Source: Haliotis rubra
Lineage: Eukaryota
DNA length: 64,000 nt
Assembly (NCBI RefSeq): GCF_003918875.1
Contig: NW_025767314.1
Location: 310,001-374,000 of the forward strand
Direction of reading: 5' to 3'
The notes beneath the pieces are model-generated. The model was not told the DNA's origin. It did no database searches and was given only the letters and a program-made list of their open reading frames with translations. A program made the translations under genes and the position numbers. Shown piece by piece: positions 13,735-27,657 of this stretch (positions are counted from its first letter, which is position 1; each line of letters starts with the position of its first letter).

Positions 13735-16140
13735 AATAATGATAATAGTAAATGTGCGTTTGTAACACGCCTTTCCCCTGTACAAGGAACATGCTCAAAG
13801 CGCTGACATGTAACAGTTATATACATATGTACGGGAGGGGTGCGAGGTGTGGCGGATATAGTTGGTTGTGTGAGAGGAACACAAGTGGGTCTTTAGCAAG
13901 CGATTAAATGGGGTAAAGTCAACTGCTGATTTATGGCCAAAAGGGAGATGGTTCAACAGTAGAGGGGCAGAACAAGCAAAGGATTTCCTTCCAAATATTT
14001 CAAGTTTATAGCAAGGTGCAAAGAGCAAGTTCTGATTTTGAGAGCGGAGCTCATTTCTGAGATGTAAGGTATAAGGAGTTCTCGTTGGTATTCTGGATTT
14101 GCGGCATGGTGACATTGATAATCAAAACACAACAATTTAAGTAATTCTTGACAGGAACCCAGTGCAGGGTTGTCATGACAGTGGGAATGTTTAGAAGTTC
14201 TGCTGATGATTCTGGCGGCTGTATTTTGGACCTGCTGCAACTTTGAGAGGAGCTTCTGTGAGATACCAAAAATAAGACTATTGCAGTAATCGAGTCTTGG
14301 GATAACAAGTCCCTGAACAAGACTGTGTGCTGCGTCTCGACTGATGAGATGGCGTATTCTGCCAATGACTCTCAAATGGAAGAAGCATACCCTGCACAGT
14401 TGATAGACATGAGCGTCCATGGTCAGTCGTGAGTTCAGCATTACTCCGAGATTTTTACTTCAGAGTGAGCTACCAAGATTGTGTTGAGGTTGACTTGTTT
14501 CCGCAGATGTCTGTAGTCAACAACCATCAGTTCGGTCTTGTCATCGTTTAGTTTCAGCAAGTTGTTAGTCATCCGACACTTAACATCTTTAGTGCAATCT
14601 GTGATGTGATGAAGGCGTACTTGAAAGTCTTTACCATATGAAATGTCCAGAAGTTGGGTGTCATTTGAAAATGAATGATGGAGAATCATGCTTGGCAATC
14701 AGATCCGCCACATTTGTCGTGTATGAAATGAAAAGAAGCGGGTTAAGTACATATCCCTGGGGTATAACACAGTGGATCAAGGAGCTTCGTGATTGCATGT
14801 TTTCTTGGAGAACAGCCTGACGTCTTCTTTCAAGATAAGATTGTAACCAGATTAAGGGTCCTCCATGAATTGCAAATTGTCCCTTGAGTCTATCCAGAAG
14901 GAGGTCGAGGAGGATGAGAGTAGCCAGTTTTCCTACATCAACAGCTGCGAGCAAGTCACTGGAGACTAGTTGGCTCTCTACTGTGGTTCTACCTGTTGGC
15001 TGATTGAAATTTATCCAAAAGTGAAAACACAGAAAAGTGAGACGAATGTTAACAGCTCTCTAGGGTATCTTTTTTATGAACTTCAGGTTAGAGACAGATC
15101 TTAAGTTTTAAGAATGTTAGGATCGAGATTATTCTTTTTTAGCAAAGGGGTAATGTTNNNNNNNNNNNNNNNNNNNNNNNNNNNNNNNNNNNNNNNNNNN
15201 NNNNNNNNNNNNNNNNNNNNNNNNNNNNNNNNNNNNNNNNNNNNNNNNNNNNNNNNNNNNNNNNNNNNNNNNNNNNNNNNNNNNNNNNNNNNNNNNNNNN
15301 NNNNNNNNNNNNNNNNNNNNNNNNNNNNNNNNNNNNNNNNNNNNNNNNNNNNNNNNNNNNNNNNNNNNNNNNNNNNNNNNNNNNNNNNNNNNNNNNNNNN
15401 NNNNNNNNNNNNNNNNNNNNNNNNNNNNNNNNNNNNNNNNNNNNNNNNNNNNNNNNNNNNNNNNNNNNNNNNNNNNNNNNNNNNNNNNNNNNNNNNNNNN
15501 NNNNNNNNNNNNNACACATCATTCATACGTCCGTACGTACATACATACATACAAACATACATACATAAATAAGTACATACATACATACATACACACAGAT
15601 ATACACACAGATAACGAACATTTTGTAGATGCAGATGTGGAACGTAGCAAGGTGTTTTTACGTATCATACCAGGCTCTATGTGTGCCCGAAGTTTCAGTA
15701 TTGGAAAACACTCATACCTGCATACTGTCAATGTCATCGAACGATCTAGTCCGAATTAAACTCTGAGCTATGATTTATTGATTGTATTTGATCGATGGAA
15801 GGATTTCCAGCGGTCAAACGCTACAGATAACAACTACATATTTGAATGAATCTGGGAAGACACCATTTGCCAAACTACTGTTTACCAACTTTGTCATCAC
15901 TGGGAGAAACAAATCATTGAATTCTTTTACCAAAGCTGTGGGAATCGCGTCTAAAAGACATGTAGATTTACAGAAAATCTTCAGTACTTCCTGTTCGGAA
16001 TATGTTTGAAACTCTGCAAGTAGTGTGCAAGAAAACCCCTTGCTATCTGTAGAAGTGTCAGCCTGGGCTCTAGCACAAGAAGGAATGAATCAGGCCAATC
16101 TTGGACCAAAAAAAATCATCGAAAAAGTCAGGAAGATCAT
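13735..16140 (-). mobile_element. Degenerate L2/CR1-like LINE (reverse transcriptase), spanning an assembly gap
   Basis: Successive ORF2 pieces: KSTCLLDAIPT..LVNSSLANGVFPDSFK (~15840-16000), ITPLLKKNNLDP, LILLDL, VIPQGYVLNPLLF, DTQL, LKLNDDKTE, RLDYCNSL, LQQVQNTAAR. Frameshifted; (TAA)n tail at ~13735. Confidence 0.88.
15158..15513. other. Assembly gap (N run) next to a (CATA)n microsatellite at 15514-15600
   Basis: Run of N followed by CATA repeats. Confidence 0.95.
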
Positions 16141-17405
16141 CAATAGACTGAGTCGAGGGTAGAACTGGACCGTTCGTTTTCCCAAGACGATTATTTGAAG
16201 CATGGCTTGGAAGCCAACAGAAGATAATATCTAACTGTTGTCTAACGGTTGATCTAACAATTTCAAAGCTAAACTAAACAAATCAAATTATTTATCAGTA
16301 AAAATAAAAACAAATAAAGAACCACTTATGATATTTACAAAACTATATCTACAGATTTACCCACGGATGGTAACGCAGTTGGATTCAGATCTATATCGTC
16401 AAGACTACAACTCTTCCATTTTCACAGCTGAATCAAAGGCCACATTAACGGCACCAGGGGAGTTTAGTAAACTAGTGAAACATAAACAAATTGTATTTGT
16501 TTAAAGACGCTCTTCCTTGTCTCATTTTTTGTAAATAGTCTGAAATAATCACGATCAAGCATGTCCTGCTTGACTGTATTGATTCTGCCATCACAAGGGA
16601 TCAATATTACAGTATAAAGACAATGAAGGATATTTTAACCAGGTCAATTATCATTTAATAATTGTGTTTTTAAAAGAAATTGAATTGTTTGAAAAGTTTT
16701 GATAAAAATGTTTTGTAAATATATAAAAAGCACAATCGACAACGGTTGACGTGGTTGTGTAAATCCAGCTAGGGTCCATACAGGAAGCAATCGTTCGGTT
16801 AGACCCCATTATATGGCTGAAATACTGCCGATGTGACTAGAAATCGTAACTTACTCGCTAAATGGTATTTAACAATTGCCAGATTAAATTAGCAGCTAGG
16901 ATTGTTAATGGCCGTATCTTGAAAGGGGTTGAAGTACTGTAAACTTGTTGTCCTCCTGAGAGCGTACATGAGACAATATCTTTCAAAGTGTATTTATTTC
17001 TCCACGTTTGTCATCGTAGAATAGATGTTATTTTAACCCATGGCTAAATTTGTCTAAATCGCTAACATCTGAAGGGATGGTGTAAATCCAGCTAGTGTCC
17101 AAGCAGGAGGCAGAAGTAATGTCAGTTCCCACTGTCCACAGTATGGTGATGTCCCTTCATTTGCTGGTTATCTATAGTCATTTTTTATATTGTTAGTGTA
17201 TGGTAATGTCGTTTTATGTTTCTATGCTAGACTTAAATTTTAACTCACTCAGTGATAGTGATTATATGTAACTGTAGATGACAGACAGTTGTGCCATTTA
17301 CAATTCCCGTTGTAAGATACAGCTTATGCAGAGACCAGCTGTTTATACCATGAGGGTGACTTTAACAAATATTCATTAAGCTATCTTACAGGTTTCCAAA
17401 CATGT

Positions 17406-17652
17406 TGAACGCGTAAATACCGAGGTTGGAAGTGGTCTTCAACAATACATGATTCTGTTAATAGAGGACAGACAGGATCGGGCGATCAGGCTCACTGGCT
17501 CGGTTGATGCATGTCAGCCTATCCCATTTGCACAAGTCACAATTGTGTAGATCGATACTCATGCCGTTGATTAATACATTTTCTGGTCCAGACTCGATTA
17601 CGTAGAGACCGCCGTCATATACATGTTTGTAGAATATGCATCGTCAAACAAT
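17406..17652 (+). mobile_element. Dispersed SINE-like repeat (family 2), degraded
   Basis: Matches the family-2 consensus ...GGATCGGG..CAGGCTC..GGTTGA..GGTCCAGACTCGATT...CCGCC. Confidence 0.65.
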
Positions 17653-17678
17653 ATACAGACATGAAGATTTAAACTATA

Positions 17679-18726
17679 CTAGCCACATAAAGAAACTGTG
17701 CATTGTCAAAATATTATCCCAGTTCATAAGTACGATAACAGTGTCAAAGGTACATATACACTTTAATGGAGGGATCATGAGACCATAACAAGTCGGGGGA
17801 ATTCCAATTGAAAAGTCAATCACAATGACGTCACGAGTCCATAAGCGGGACAGGGGTCAAACGACCATGTCACAAGCTAAATAACGGGTATGTCCAGCAT
17901 CGGCATTGAGAACAGCAGTGCATCGACGACGCATAGAGCCTATCAAACGTGCAAGGAAGGCTTGTGGGATGTCACGCCAGATTCTCTCAAGTTCTGTTGC
18001 AAGGTCAAGGACGTTATCTGGCGGCTGAGGAAGACGGCGTAGACGTCGATCCATCTCGTCCCAAACATGCTCTATCGGGGAGAGATCCGGTGAATTTGCA
18101 GGCCATGGCAGTAAGTCAACGTCGTGGTCTGATCCCGTGATGACGTAAACGTTGTCGAACTGTGTTGGGGTGGATACGGCGAAGTCCTGGCATGGTTCGG
18201 GCAGTCATCACTGCAGTCTGAAACCTGTGGCGAAGATGGGTCACCCTTATCCATCTGTCCTGTCTTGGCGTTGTTACACATGGACGTCCAGAACGTGGCC
18301 GATCGATGACGTCATTTGTGTTCTGATAGCGTCTCACCAGTGCAGAAATGGTGTTCCGGTGGCAGTGGAAATGTGCAGCCACTTGTCGTTGAGACATTCC
18401 CCCACGGACCATCCCAATGGCCTCATGACGTTGTGCAGACGTGAGCCTTGTCATGCTATGCGTTTTAATAGCCGTTTAATTTTTTGAGCTTTCCAAAGTG
18501 ACAGTATCGTGTGGCATTCATTTGCTCTGTTTCTCTTTCCCGGAATGCACGTGCAACAACGTATTGCACGTCTCAAGGGCGAACCCACTGACGTCACGGA
18601 ACGTGGCACGTGCACGCATGTTGGATACATGTCACTAATCTCTGAGTTTGAATCCTTATGTGTCTACACAGGTTTGAAAAATTTAGATTTTCAGTTTTTG
18701 TATGTACAGTTTCTTTATGTGCCTAG
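17679..18726 (-). mobile_element. Internally deleted Tc1/mariner element with intact TIRs
   Basis: TIRs CTAG(C/G)CACATAAAGAAACTGT(G/A)CAT with TA target sites. The DNA-binding ORF 18116-18454 (MTRLTSAQRHEAIG...DRPRSGRP) joins directly to the WPANSPDLSPIEHVWDE...GHTRY C-terminus; the first two catalytic Asp regions are deleted. Confidence 0.92.
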
Positions 18727-19939
18727 TATACATATATATGTAGTAATCAGACAAAACAAGTCCAATGCTTTTTGCATAAGTCCTAACAAAGTACGATGAT
18801 GAATATGGAATATGTTTTAGAGAAAATACAATCAAATCTTTCTGCCATTAAACGTTGTTCAACTCTAACGTAGTTATTAACGCAGTAAACCGTAGTTTGA
18901 TCGTATTGCCATGTTACCACAGTGCAGAAGGGTCAATTACGGTCTACTAGGGAGAACTAGGGTCAAAAACGTTCACACTACGGTAACAGTAGGGTCTTGG
19001 CATTCACGCTGACCGTAGATATGTTTTGAACATGTTGAATTTTTTTTAGTCCAACCACGGCAAATCATGGGTTTGCTGATTTTCAAAGTACGTCATAACT
19101 ACGATGATCTACGTTGAACTACGCTTAAATACGTTTAACTATGTTTAGCTAAGGTCAAATACGGGTCTACTACGTCCATCCCCCACGGCGGTCAACTATG
19201 TGCGTGTCCGTGAGATGTGGCCGCCGTTTAAACGTGCTACTCTGCATCTGAAGCTATGGCCAGCTGCCTGAAACACGACTCATGATGCATGGGTCACCTG
19301 TTGGACACAGGTCATGGAGCCGTTTCTATACAAAATATCACAACGTAAGCGGAATGGGCACCACTGTTACTATCAAATACCTATCATACATATCTCTGAA
19401 CACAGAAGATCAGTGATTACCAAATATCCCTGTTGGTGGTGTTGTCCTATGTTAAGAAAATATACGTGTTATTCTACTTACCTGTTCTACAACACGTCCA
19501 GTCTGTCGTATGAAGTCGTAGTAAGGTACTGTCAACAGCCAGAATATAAAGTTCTGAGATAATGTCACAGCACTGGAGTGTATGGCATTTTAACATTCAA
19601 ATGCTTTTGAATATTCATAGATATTGTTCAATGTATTTTATTCGAATTAATGAGTATGTGTGTAATCAAACTATAACCGTGTCATCTATATGTATTTAAT
19701 AGCATGAATATTGACAATGTTATAATTAAAACTGCACCTTATTATTACTGAAGTTGATTACATATTTATTCATTCATTCATTCATTCATTATATGGACTG
19801 GAGCGTCTGCACAACGACATAAGCTTAGCTTTTTTCTTGCTAAACGCTTCACATTCAGACAATGTGATGACGGTCTGTAAATATTCGACTCTGCACCAGA
19901 CACTCAAGTGACCGATACTCTGAACAACAAACCAGGCCA

Positions 19940-22900
19940 TTGGAATACAATGACTCAGTCAACCAAGTCAGCGAACCTGACCCATTAGTCGCCTCTGATG
20001 ACAGGCACGTGGTTGATGAAAACCAATTCTAACCCGGATATCCACGTGTGGAATACAATGACTCAATCTACCAAGTCAGCGAGCCTGACCCATTAGTCGT
20101 CTCAGACAACAGGCACATGTGAAGAGCAATTCTAAACCGGAAATCCACGTGTTGGAATACAATGACTCGGTCAAGTAACTATGCGAACTTTACACATTAG
20201 TCGCCTCTGACGATAGGCACATGTGAAGAGCAATTCTAACCCGGATATCCACCTGTTGGAATACAATGACTCAGTCAACCAAGTCAGCAAACCTGACCTA
20301 TTAGTCGCCCCTGACGACAGGCACATGTGAAGAGCAATTCTAACCCGGATATCGACGTGTTGGAATACAATGACTAGGTCAGCCAATTCAGCGAACCTGA
20401 GCCATTAGTCGCCTCTGACGACAGGCACGTGGTTGATGAAGGGCATTTTCAACCCGGATATCCACATGTTGGAATGCAATGACTCGGTCAACCAAGTCAG
20501 AGAACCTGTGCCATCAGTCGCCTCTGACGACAGGCACATGTGAAGAGCAATTCTAACCCGGATATGCACATGTTGGAATGCAATGATTTTGTCAACCAAG
20601 TCAGCGAGCCTGACCCATTAGTCGCTTCTGACGACAGGCACGCGGATGATGAAGAGCAATTCTAACCCGGATATCCACGTGTCGGAATACAATGACTCAG
20701 TCAACCAAGTCAGCGAGCCTGACCCATTAGTCGCCTTTGACGACAGGCACGTGGTTGATGAAAACCAATTCTAACCTGGATATCCACATGTTGGAATGCA
20801 ATGACTCGGTCAACCAAGTCAGCGAGCCTGACCCATTAGTCGCCTCAGACGACAGGCACATGTGAAGAGCAATTCTAACCCGGATATCCACGTGTTGGAA
20901 TACAATGACTCGGTCAACTAACTCAGCGAACTTTACACATTAGTCGCCTCTGACGACAGGCACATGCGAAGATCAATTCTAACCCGGATATCCACGTGTT
21001 GGAATGCAATGACTCAGTCAACTAAGGCAGCGAGCCTGACCCATAAGTCGCCTCTGACGACAGACACATGTGAAGAGCAATTCTAACCCGGATATCCACG
21101 TGTTGGAATACAATGACTCGGTCAACTAAGGCAGCGAGCCTGACCCATAAGTCGCCTCTGACGACAGGCACATGTGAAGAGCAATTCTAACCTGGATATC
21201 CACGTGTTGGAATACAATGACTAGGTCAACCAAGTCAGCAAACCTGACCTATTAGTCGTCCCTGACGACAGGCACATGTGAAGAGCAATTCTAACCCGGA
21301 TATCGACGTGTTGGAATACAATGACTCGGTCAGCGAACCTGAGCCATTAGTCGCCTCTGACGACAGGCACGTGGTTGATGAAGGGCATTTCCAACCCGGA
21401 TATCAACATGTTGAAATGCAATGACTCGGTCAACCAAGTCAGAGAACCTGCGCCATTAGTCGCCTCTGACGACAGGCACATGTGAAGAGCAATTCTAACC
21501 CGGATATGCACGTGTTGGAATGCAATCATTTTGTCAACCAAGTCAGCGAGCCTGACCCATTAGTCGCCTCTGACGACAGGCACGCGGATGATGAAGAGCA
21601 ATTCTAACCCGGATATCCACGTGTTGGAATGGAATGACTCGGTCAACCAAGTCAGTGAACTTGACCCATTAGTCGCCTCTGACGATAGGCACATGTGAAG
21701 AGCAATTCTTACCCGAATATCCACGTGTTGGAATGCAATGACTTGATCAACCAAGTCAGCGAACTTGACACATTAGTTGCCTCTAACGATAGGCACATGT
21801 GGAGAGCAATTATAATCCTGATATCCACATGTTGGAATACAATGACTTGGTCAATCAAGTCAGCGAACTTGACCCATTAGTCGCCTCTGACGATAGGCAC
21901 ATGTGAATAGTAATTCTAACCCGGATAACCACATGTTGGAATGCAATGACTAGGTAAACCAAGTCAGCGAACTTTACACATTAGTCGCCTCTGACGATAG
22001 ACACATGTGAAGAGCAATAACCCGGATATCCACGTGTTGGAATTCAATGACTCAGTCAACCAAGTCAGCGAGCCTGACCCATTAGTCCCCTCTGACGACA
22101 GGCACATGTGAAGAGTAATTCTAACCCTGATATCCACGTGTTGGAATGCAAAAACTTGGTCAACCAAGTCAGCGAACATTACACACTATTCGCCTCTGAC
22201 GATAGGCACATGTGTAGAGCAATTCTAACCCGGATATCCACGTGTTGAAATACAATGACTCGGTCAACCAAGTCAGCAAACTTTACACATTAGTCGCCTC
22301 TAACGACAGGCACATGTGAAGAGTAATTCTTACCCGGATAACCACATGTTAGAATGCAATGACTAGGTAAACCAAGTCAGCGAACTTTACACATTAGTCG
22401 CCTCTGACGATAGGCACATGTGAAGAGCAATTCTAACCCGGATATCCTCGTGTTGGAATACAATGACTCAGTCAACCAAGTCAGCGAGCCTGACCCATTA
22501 GTCGCCTTTGACGACAGGCACGTGGTTGATGAAAACCAATTCTAACCGGGATATCCACGTGTTGGAATGCAATGACTCGGTCAACCAAGTCAGCGAACCT
22601 GACCCATTAGTCGCCTCAGACGACAGGCACATGTGAAGAGCAATTCTAACCGGGAAATCCACGTGTTGGAATACAATGACTCGGTCAACTAACTCAGCGA
22701 ACTTTACACATTAGTCGCCTCTGACGACAGGCACATGCGAAGATCAATTCTAACCCGGATATCCACGTGTTGGAATGCAATGACTCAGTCAACTAAGGCA
22801 GCGAGCCTGACCCATAAGTCGCCTCTGACGACAGACACATGTGAAGAGCAATTCTAACCCGGATATCCACGTGTTGGAATACAATGACTCGGTCAACTAA

Positions 22901-25900
22901 GGCAGCGAGCCTGACCCATAAGTCGCCTCTGACGACAGGCACATGTGAAGAGCAATTCTAACCTGGATATCCACGTGTTGGAATACAATGACTAGGTCAA
23001 CCAAGTCAGCAAACCTGACCTATTAGTCGCCCCTGACGACAGGCACATGTGAAGAGCAATTCTAACCCGGATATCGACGTGTTGGAATACAATGACTCGG
23101 TCAGCCAGTTCAGCGAACCTGAGCCATTAGTCGCCTCTGACGACAGGCACGTGGTTCATGAAGGGCATTTCCAACCCGGATATCAACATGTTGAAATGCA
23201 ATGACACGGTCAACCAAGTCAGAGAACCTGCGCCATTAGTCGCCTCTGACGACAGGCACATGTGAAGAGCAATTCTAACCCGGATATGCACGTGTTGGAA
23301 TGCAATCATTTTGTCAACCAAGTCAGCGAGCCTGACCCATTAGTCGCCTCTGACGACAGGCACGCGGATGATGAAGAGCAATTCTAACCCGGATATCCAC
23401 GGGTTGGAATGGAATGACTCAGTCAACTGAGGCAGCGAGCCTGACCCATAAGTCGCCTCTGACGACAGACACACGCGATGAGCAATTCTAACCCGGATAT
23501 CCACATGTTGGAATACAATGACTCGGTCAACTAAGGCAGCGAGCCTGACCCATAAGTCGCCTCTGACGACAGGCACATGTGAAGAGCAATTCTAACCTGG
23601 ATATCCACGTGTTGGAATACAATGACTAGGTCAACCAAGTCAGCAAACCTGACCTATTAGTCGCCCCTGACGACAGGCACATGTGAAGAGCAATTCTAAC
23701 CCGGATATGCACGTGTTGGAATGCAATCATTTTGTCAACCAAGTCAGCGAGCCTGACCCATTAGTCGCCTCTGACGACAGGCACGCGGGTGATGAAGAGC
23801 AATTCTAACCCGGATAACCACGTGTTGGAATGGAATGACTCAGTCAACTAACTCAGCGAACTTTACACATTAGTTGCCTCTAACGATAGGCACATGTGAA
23901 GAGCAATTATAATCCTGATATCCACATGTTGGAATACAATGACTTGGTCAATCAAGTCAGCGGACTTGACACATTAGTCGCCTCTAACGATAGGCACATG
24001 TGGATAGCAATTATAATCCTGATATCCACGTGTTGGAATACAATGACTCAGTCAACTGAGGCAGTGAGCCTGACCCATAAGTCGCCTCTGACGACAGACA
24101 CACGTGAAGAGCAATTATAACCCGGATATCCACGTGTTGGAATACAATGACTCAGTCAACTAAGTCAGCGAACTTTACACATTAGTCGCCTCTGACGATA
24201 GGCACATGTGAAGAACAATTCTAACCTGGATATCCACGTGTTGGAATACAATGACTCAATCTACCAAGTCAGCGAGCCTGACCCATTAGTCGTCTCAGAC
24301 GACAGGCACATGTGAAGAGCAATTCTAACCCGGAAATCCACGTGTTGGAATACAATGACTCGGTCAAGTAACTATGCGAACTTTACACATTAGTCGCCTC
24401 TGACGATAGGCACATGTGAAGAGCAATTCTAACCCGGATATCCACCTGTTGGAATACAATGACTCAGTCAACCAAGTCAGCAAACCTGACCTATTAGTCG
24501 CCCCTGACGACAGGCACATGTGAAGAGCAATTCTAACCCGGATATCGACGTGTTGGAATACAATGACTAGGTCAGCCAATTCAGCGAACCTGAGCCATTA
24601 GTCGCCTCTGACGACAGGCACGTGGTTGATGAAGGGCATTTTCAACCCGGATATCCACATGTTGGAATGCAATGACTCGGTCAACCAAGTCAGAGAACCT
24701 GTGCCATCAGTCGCCTCTGACGACAGGCACATGTGAAGAGCAATTCTAACCCGGATATGCACATGTTGGAATGCAATGATTTTGTCAACCAAGTCAGCGA
24801 GCCTGACCCATTAGTCGCTTCTGACGACAGGCACGTGGATGATGAAGAGCAATTATAACCCGGATATCCACATGTTGGAATGCAATGACTCTGTCAACCA
24901 AGTCAGCGAACTTTACACATTAGTCGCCTCTGACGATAGTCACATGTGAAGTGCAATTCTGACCGGGATATCCACGTGTTGGAATACAATCACTCAGTCA
25001 ACCAAGTCAGCGGACCTTACCCATAAGTCGCCTCTGACGATAGGCACATGTGAAGAGCAATTCTAACCCGGATATCCACGTGTTGGAATACAATGACTCA
25101 GTCAACTAACTCAGCGAACTTTATACATTAGTCGCCTCTGACGATAGGCACATGTGTAGAGCAATTCTAACCCGGATATCCACGTGTTGAAATACAATGA
25201 CTCGGTCAACCAAGTCAGCAAACTTTACACATTAGTCGCCTCTGACGACAGGCACATGTGAAGAGTAATTCTAACCCGGATAACCACATGTTAGAATGCA
25301 ATGACTAGGTAAACCAAGTCAGCGATCTTTACACATTAGTCGCCTCTGACGATAGGCACATGTGAAGAGCAATTATAACCCTGATATCCACGTGTTGAAA
25401 TGCAATGACTCAGTCAACCAAGTCAGCGAGCCTGACCCATTAGTCGCCTCTTACTACGAACATGGGTTGATGCGGACCAATTCTAACCCGGATATCCTCG
25501 TGTTGGAATACAATGACTCGGTCAACCAAGTCAGCGAACCTGACCCATTAGTCGCTTCTGACGACAGGCACGTGGTTGATGAAGAGCAATTCTAAGCCGG
25601 ATATCCACATGTTGGAATGCAATGACTCGGTCAACCAAGTCAGCGAACTTGACACATTAGTCGCCTCTGACGATAGGCACATGTGAAGAGCAATTCTAAC
25701 CCGGATATCCACGTGTTGGAATACAATGACTCGGTCAACCAATACAGCGAACTTGACACATTACTCGCCTCTGACCACAGGCATGGGTTGATTAGGACCA
25801 TTTCTAACCCGGATATCCACGTGTTGGAATACAATGACTCAGTCAACCAAGTCAGCGAGCCTGACCCATTAGTCCCCTCTGACGATAGGCACATGTGAAG

Positions 25901-26130
25901 AGCAATTCTAACCCTGATATCCACTTGTTGGAATACAATGACTCAGTCAACCAAGTCAGCGAGCCTGACCCATTAGTCGCCTCTGACGACAGGCACGTGG
26001 TTGCTGAAGACCAATTCTAACCCGGATATCCACGTGTTGGAATACAATGACTCGGTCAACCAAGTCAGCGAGCCTGACCCATTAGTCGCCTCTGACGACA
26101 GGCACGTGGTTGATGAAGAGCAATTCTAAC
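19940..26130. repeat. Tandem satellite, ~105-110-bp monomer, roughly 55-60 copies, SINE-derived, with higher-order repeats
   Basis: Monomer TTGGAATACAATGACTCAGTCAACCAAGTCAGCGAGCCTGACCCATTAGTCGCCTCTGACGACAGGCACATGTGAAGAGCAATTCTAACCCGGATATCCACGTG. Identical translated blocks recur at offset 4193 and near-identical ones at ~1780. Confidence 0.97.
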
Positions 26131-26925
26131 CACGTGTCATCCATAGTGCCCTGGTCACCCAAGTCAATGAGATTGACCACCGATCCATTTAGTCGCTTAT
26201 TGTTAAGGATCAGAAGAACTACCCCGATGTTCCTCACATGGCAAAATGCACTGTGAGCAGGTAGAAGAATAGAAGACCGCCCAAGCCAAAAGACAGTTAC
26301 AGAATACGTTCCATTAAAATGAAAATGGTTAACTTCCAATTAAATCACTTCCTATGTGAAAGTTGACCTCAAGTGACTGACAACACAGAAAGTGTTGCAA
26401 AAGCGAAAACGACACATTTCCTCACATTTTGCCGTTTTGTAAACTATTCTATTGCTTATCTTGGTTCACAATGGTCCAGATCAGAATCGTACATATATTT
26501 CACATATTCGGTTGTCAATTAGAGAAGGTTTGAAGCTTATATAGTCACATAACGATGAGCTGAAGCGGGTATGGATGCTGCGACATAATTAAATATCTGG
26601 CAACAGTGTAATCAGTTTACATTTAGTATATAATGCATTATTATCAAATATTTCCCTGGCTCTTCTACGAAGGACTGAAAATCAAATTAATAAATGTTTG
26701 AATATCGTTCCGTAGATCTCTCTATCTCTCATGTGAATGTATTGACAAAGTCTGTTGAGTATTACTGAATAGAGTTACAGAAGGATGTCTTCGCTCGAAC
26801 TGTACTTGAGGTACCTGGTCGTGAATAAATGACTTACCAATAGTAAAATTAGCCATTTTGCAATGGACTTGAAGCTGATAAAAAACTATCAAAGAAAGGA
26901 TTTGCGTTCATGTTTATTTTATTTA

Positions 26926-26930
<5 letters not shown>

Positions 26931-27005
<75 letters not shown>
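26931..27005. repeat. (TC)n(AC)n microsatellite
   Basis: Directly visible. Confidence 0.95.
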
Positions 27006-27009
<4 letters not shown>

Positions 27010-27657
27010 TTCAACTCACTCACTCCCTCACTTGGCAATCGAGAAAGACTCTAAATTGCTTTACTTCAATGTCAAATGTCATGTTGACATTCATTCATCT
27101 GTTGTTCATTGTATTCCCAATGGATTTAAATCCCCGGGCCTTCTGTTGTTAACTGCTCTATCCGCGCTTCAATGGCTGCACGGTCACAAAACATTGAATG
27201 TTACATGCAGCTGCATTATTGACTGATCCGTTCGCAGTTTGTCAACCCATGCAAACGATTCATTGAGGCTTTTGACAGCCTTGCAATTTCATTTGTACTC
27301 CACCAACCATAAAACTGGGAGTTATCTGGAGTTATCACTAAATTTCTAAATCTATGAGCGTACGTGTGTATATGTCTCTCTGTAGTGAAACACTACCTAA
27401 AGCCAGTTATATTACCTATTACCAGTTATATGTGTGAATACGATAACGTATTCGGGTTTAATAACATCCCTGATAGTACTGTTGTCATTGTAATTATAGT
27501 TTAATTGTCTGCATGTGCAGAATACTGTTCTGCAATTGCTAAATCTATTTGATTGTTTCCCACATCCAGCCTAGCCATACTGCGAATGTTTCTTCTTAAT
27601 GTGTGTCTTCCTCTGATTGTATTCATGATGAATTCATGCTGACTCATCAATTACATT

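Noticed and set aside
19940-26130. CRISPR-like array or hammerhead-containing satellite (CTGACGA in each monomer)
   Set aside because: The units are contiguous with no unique spacers and the context is eukaryotic. CTGACGA is not followed by a stem II and GAAA core. The short repeated ORFs are by-products of the repeat.
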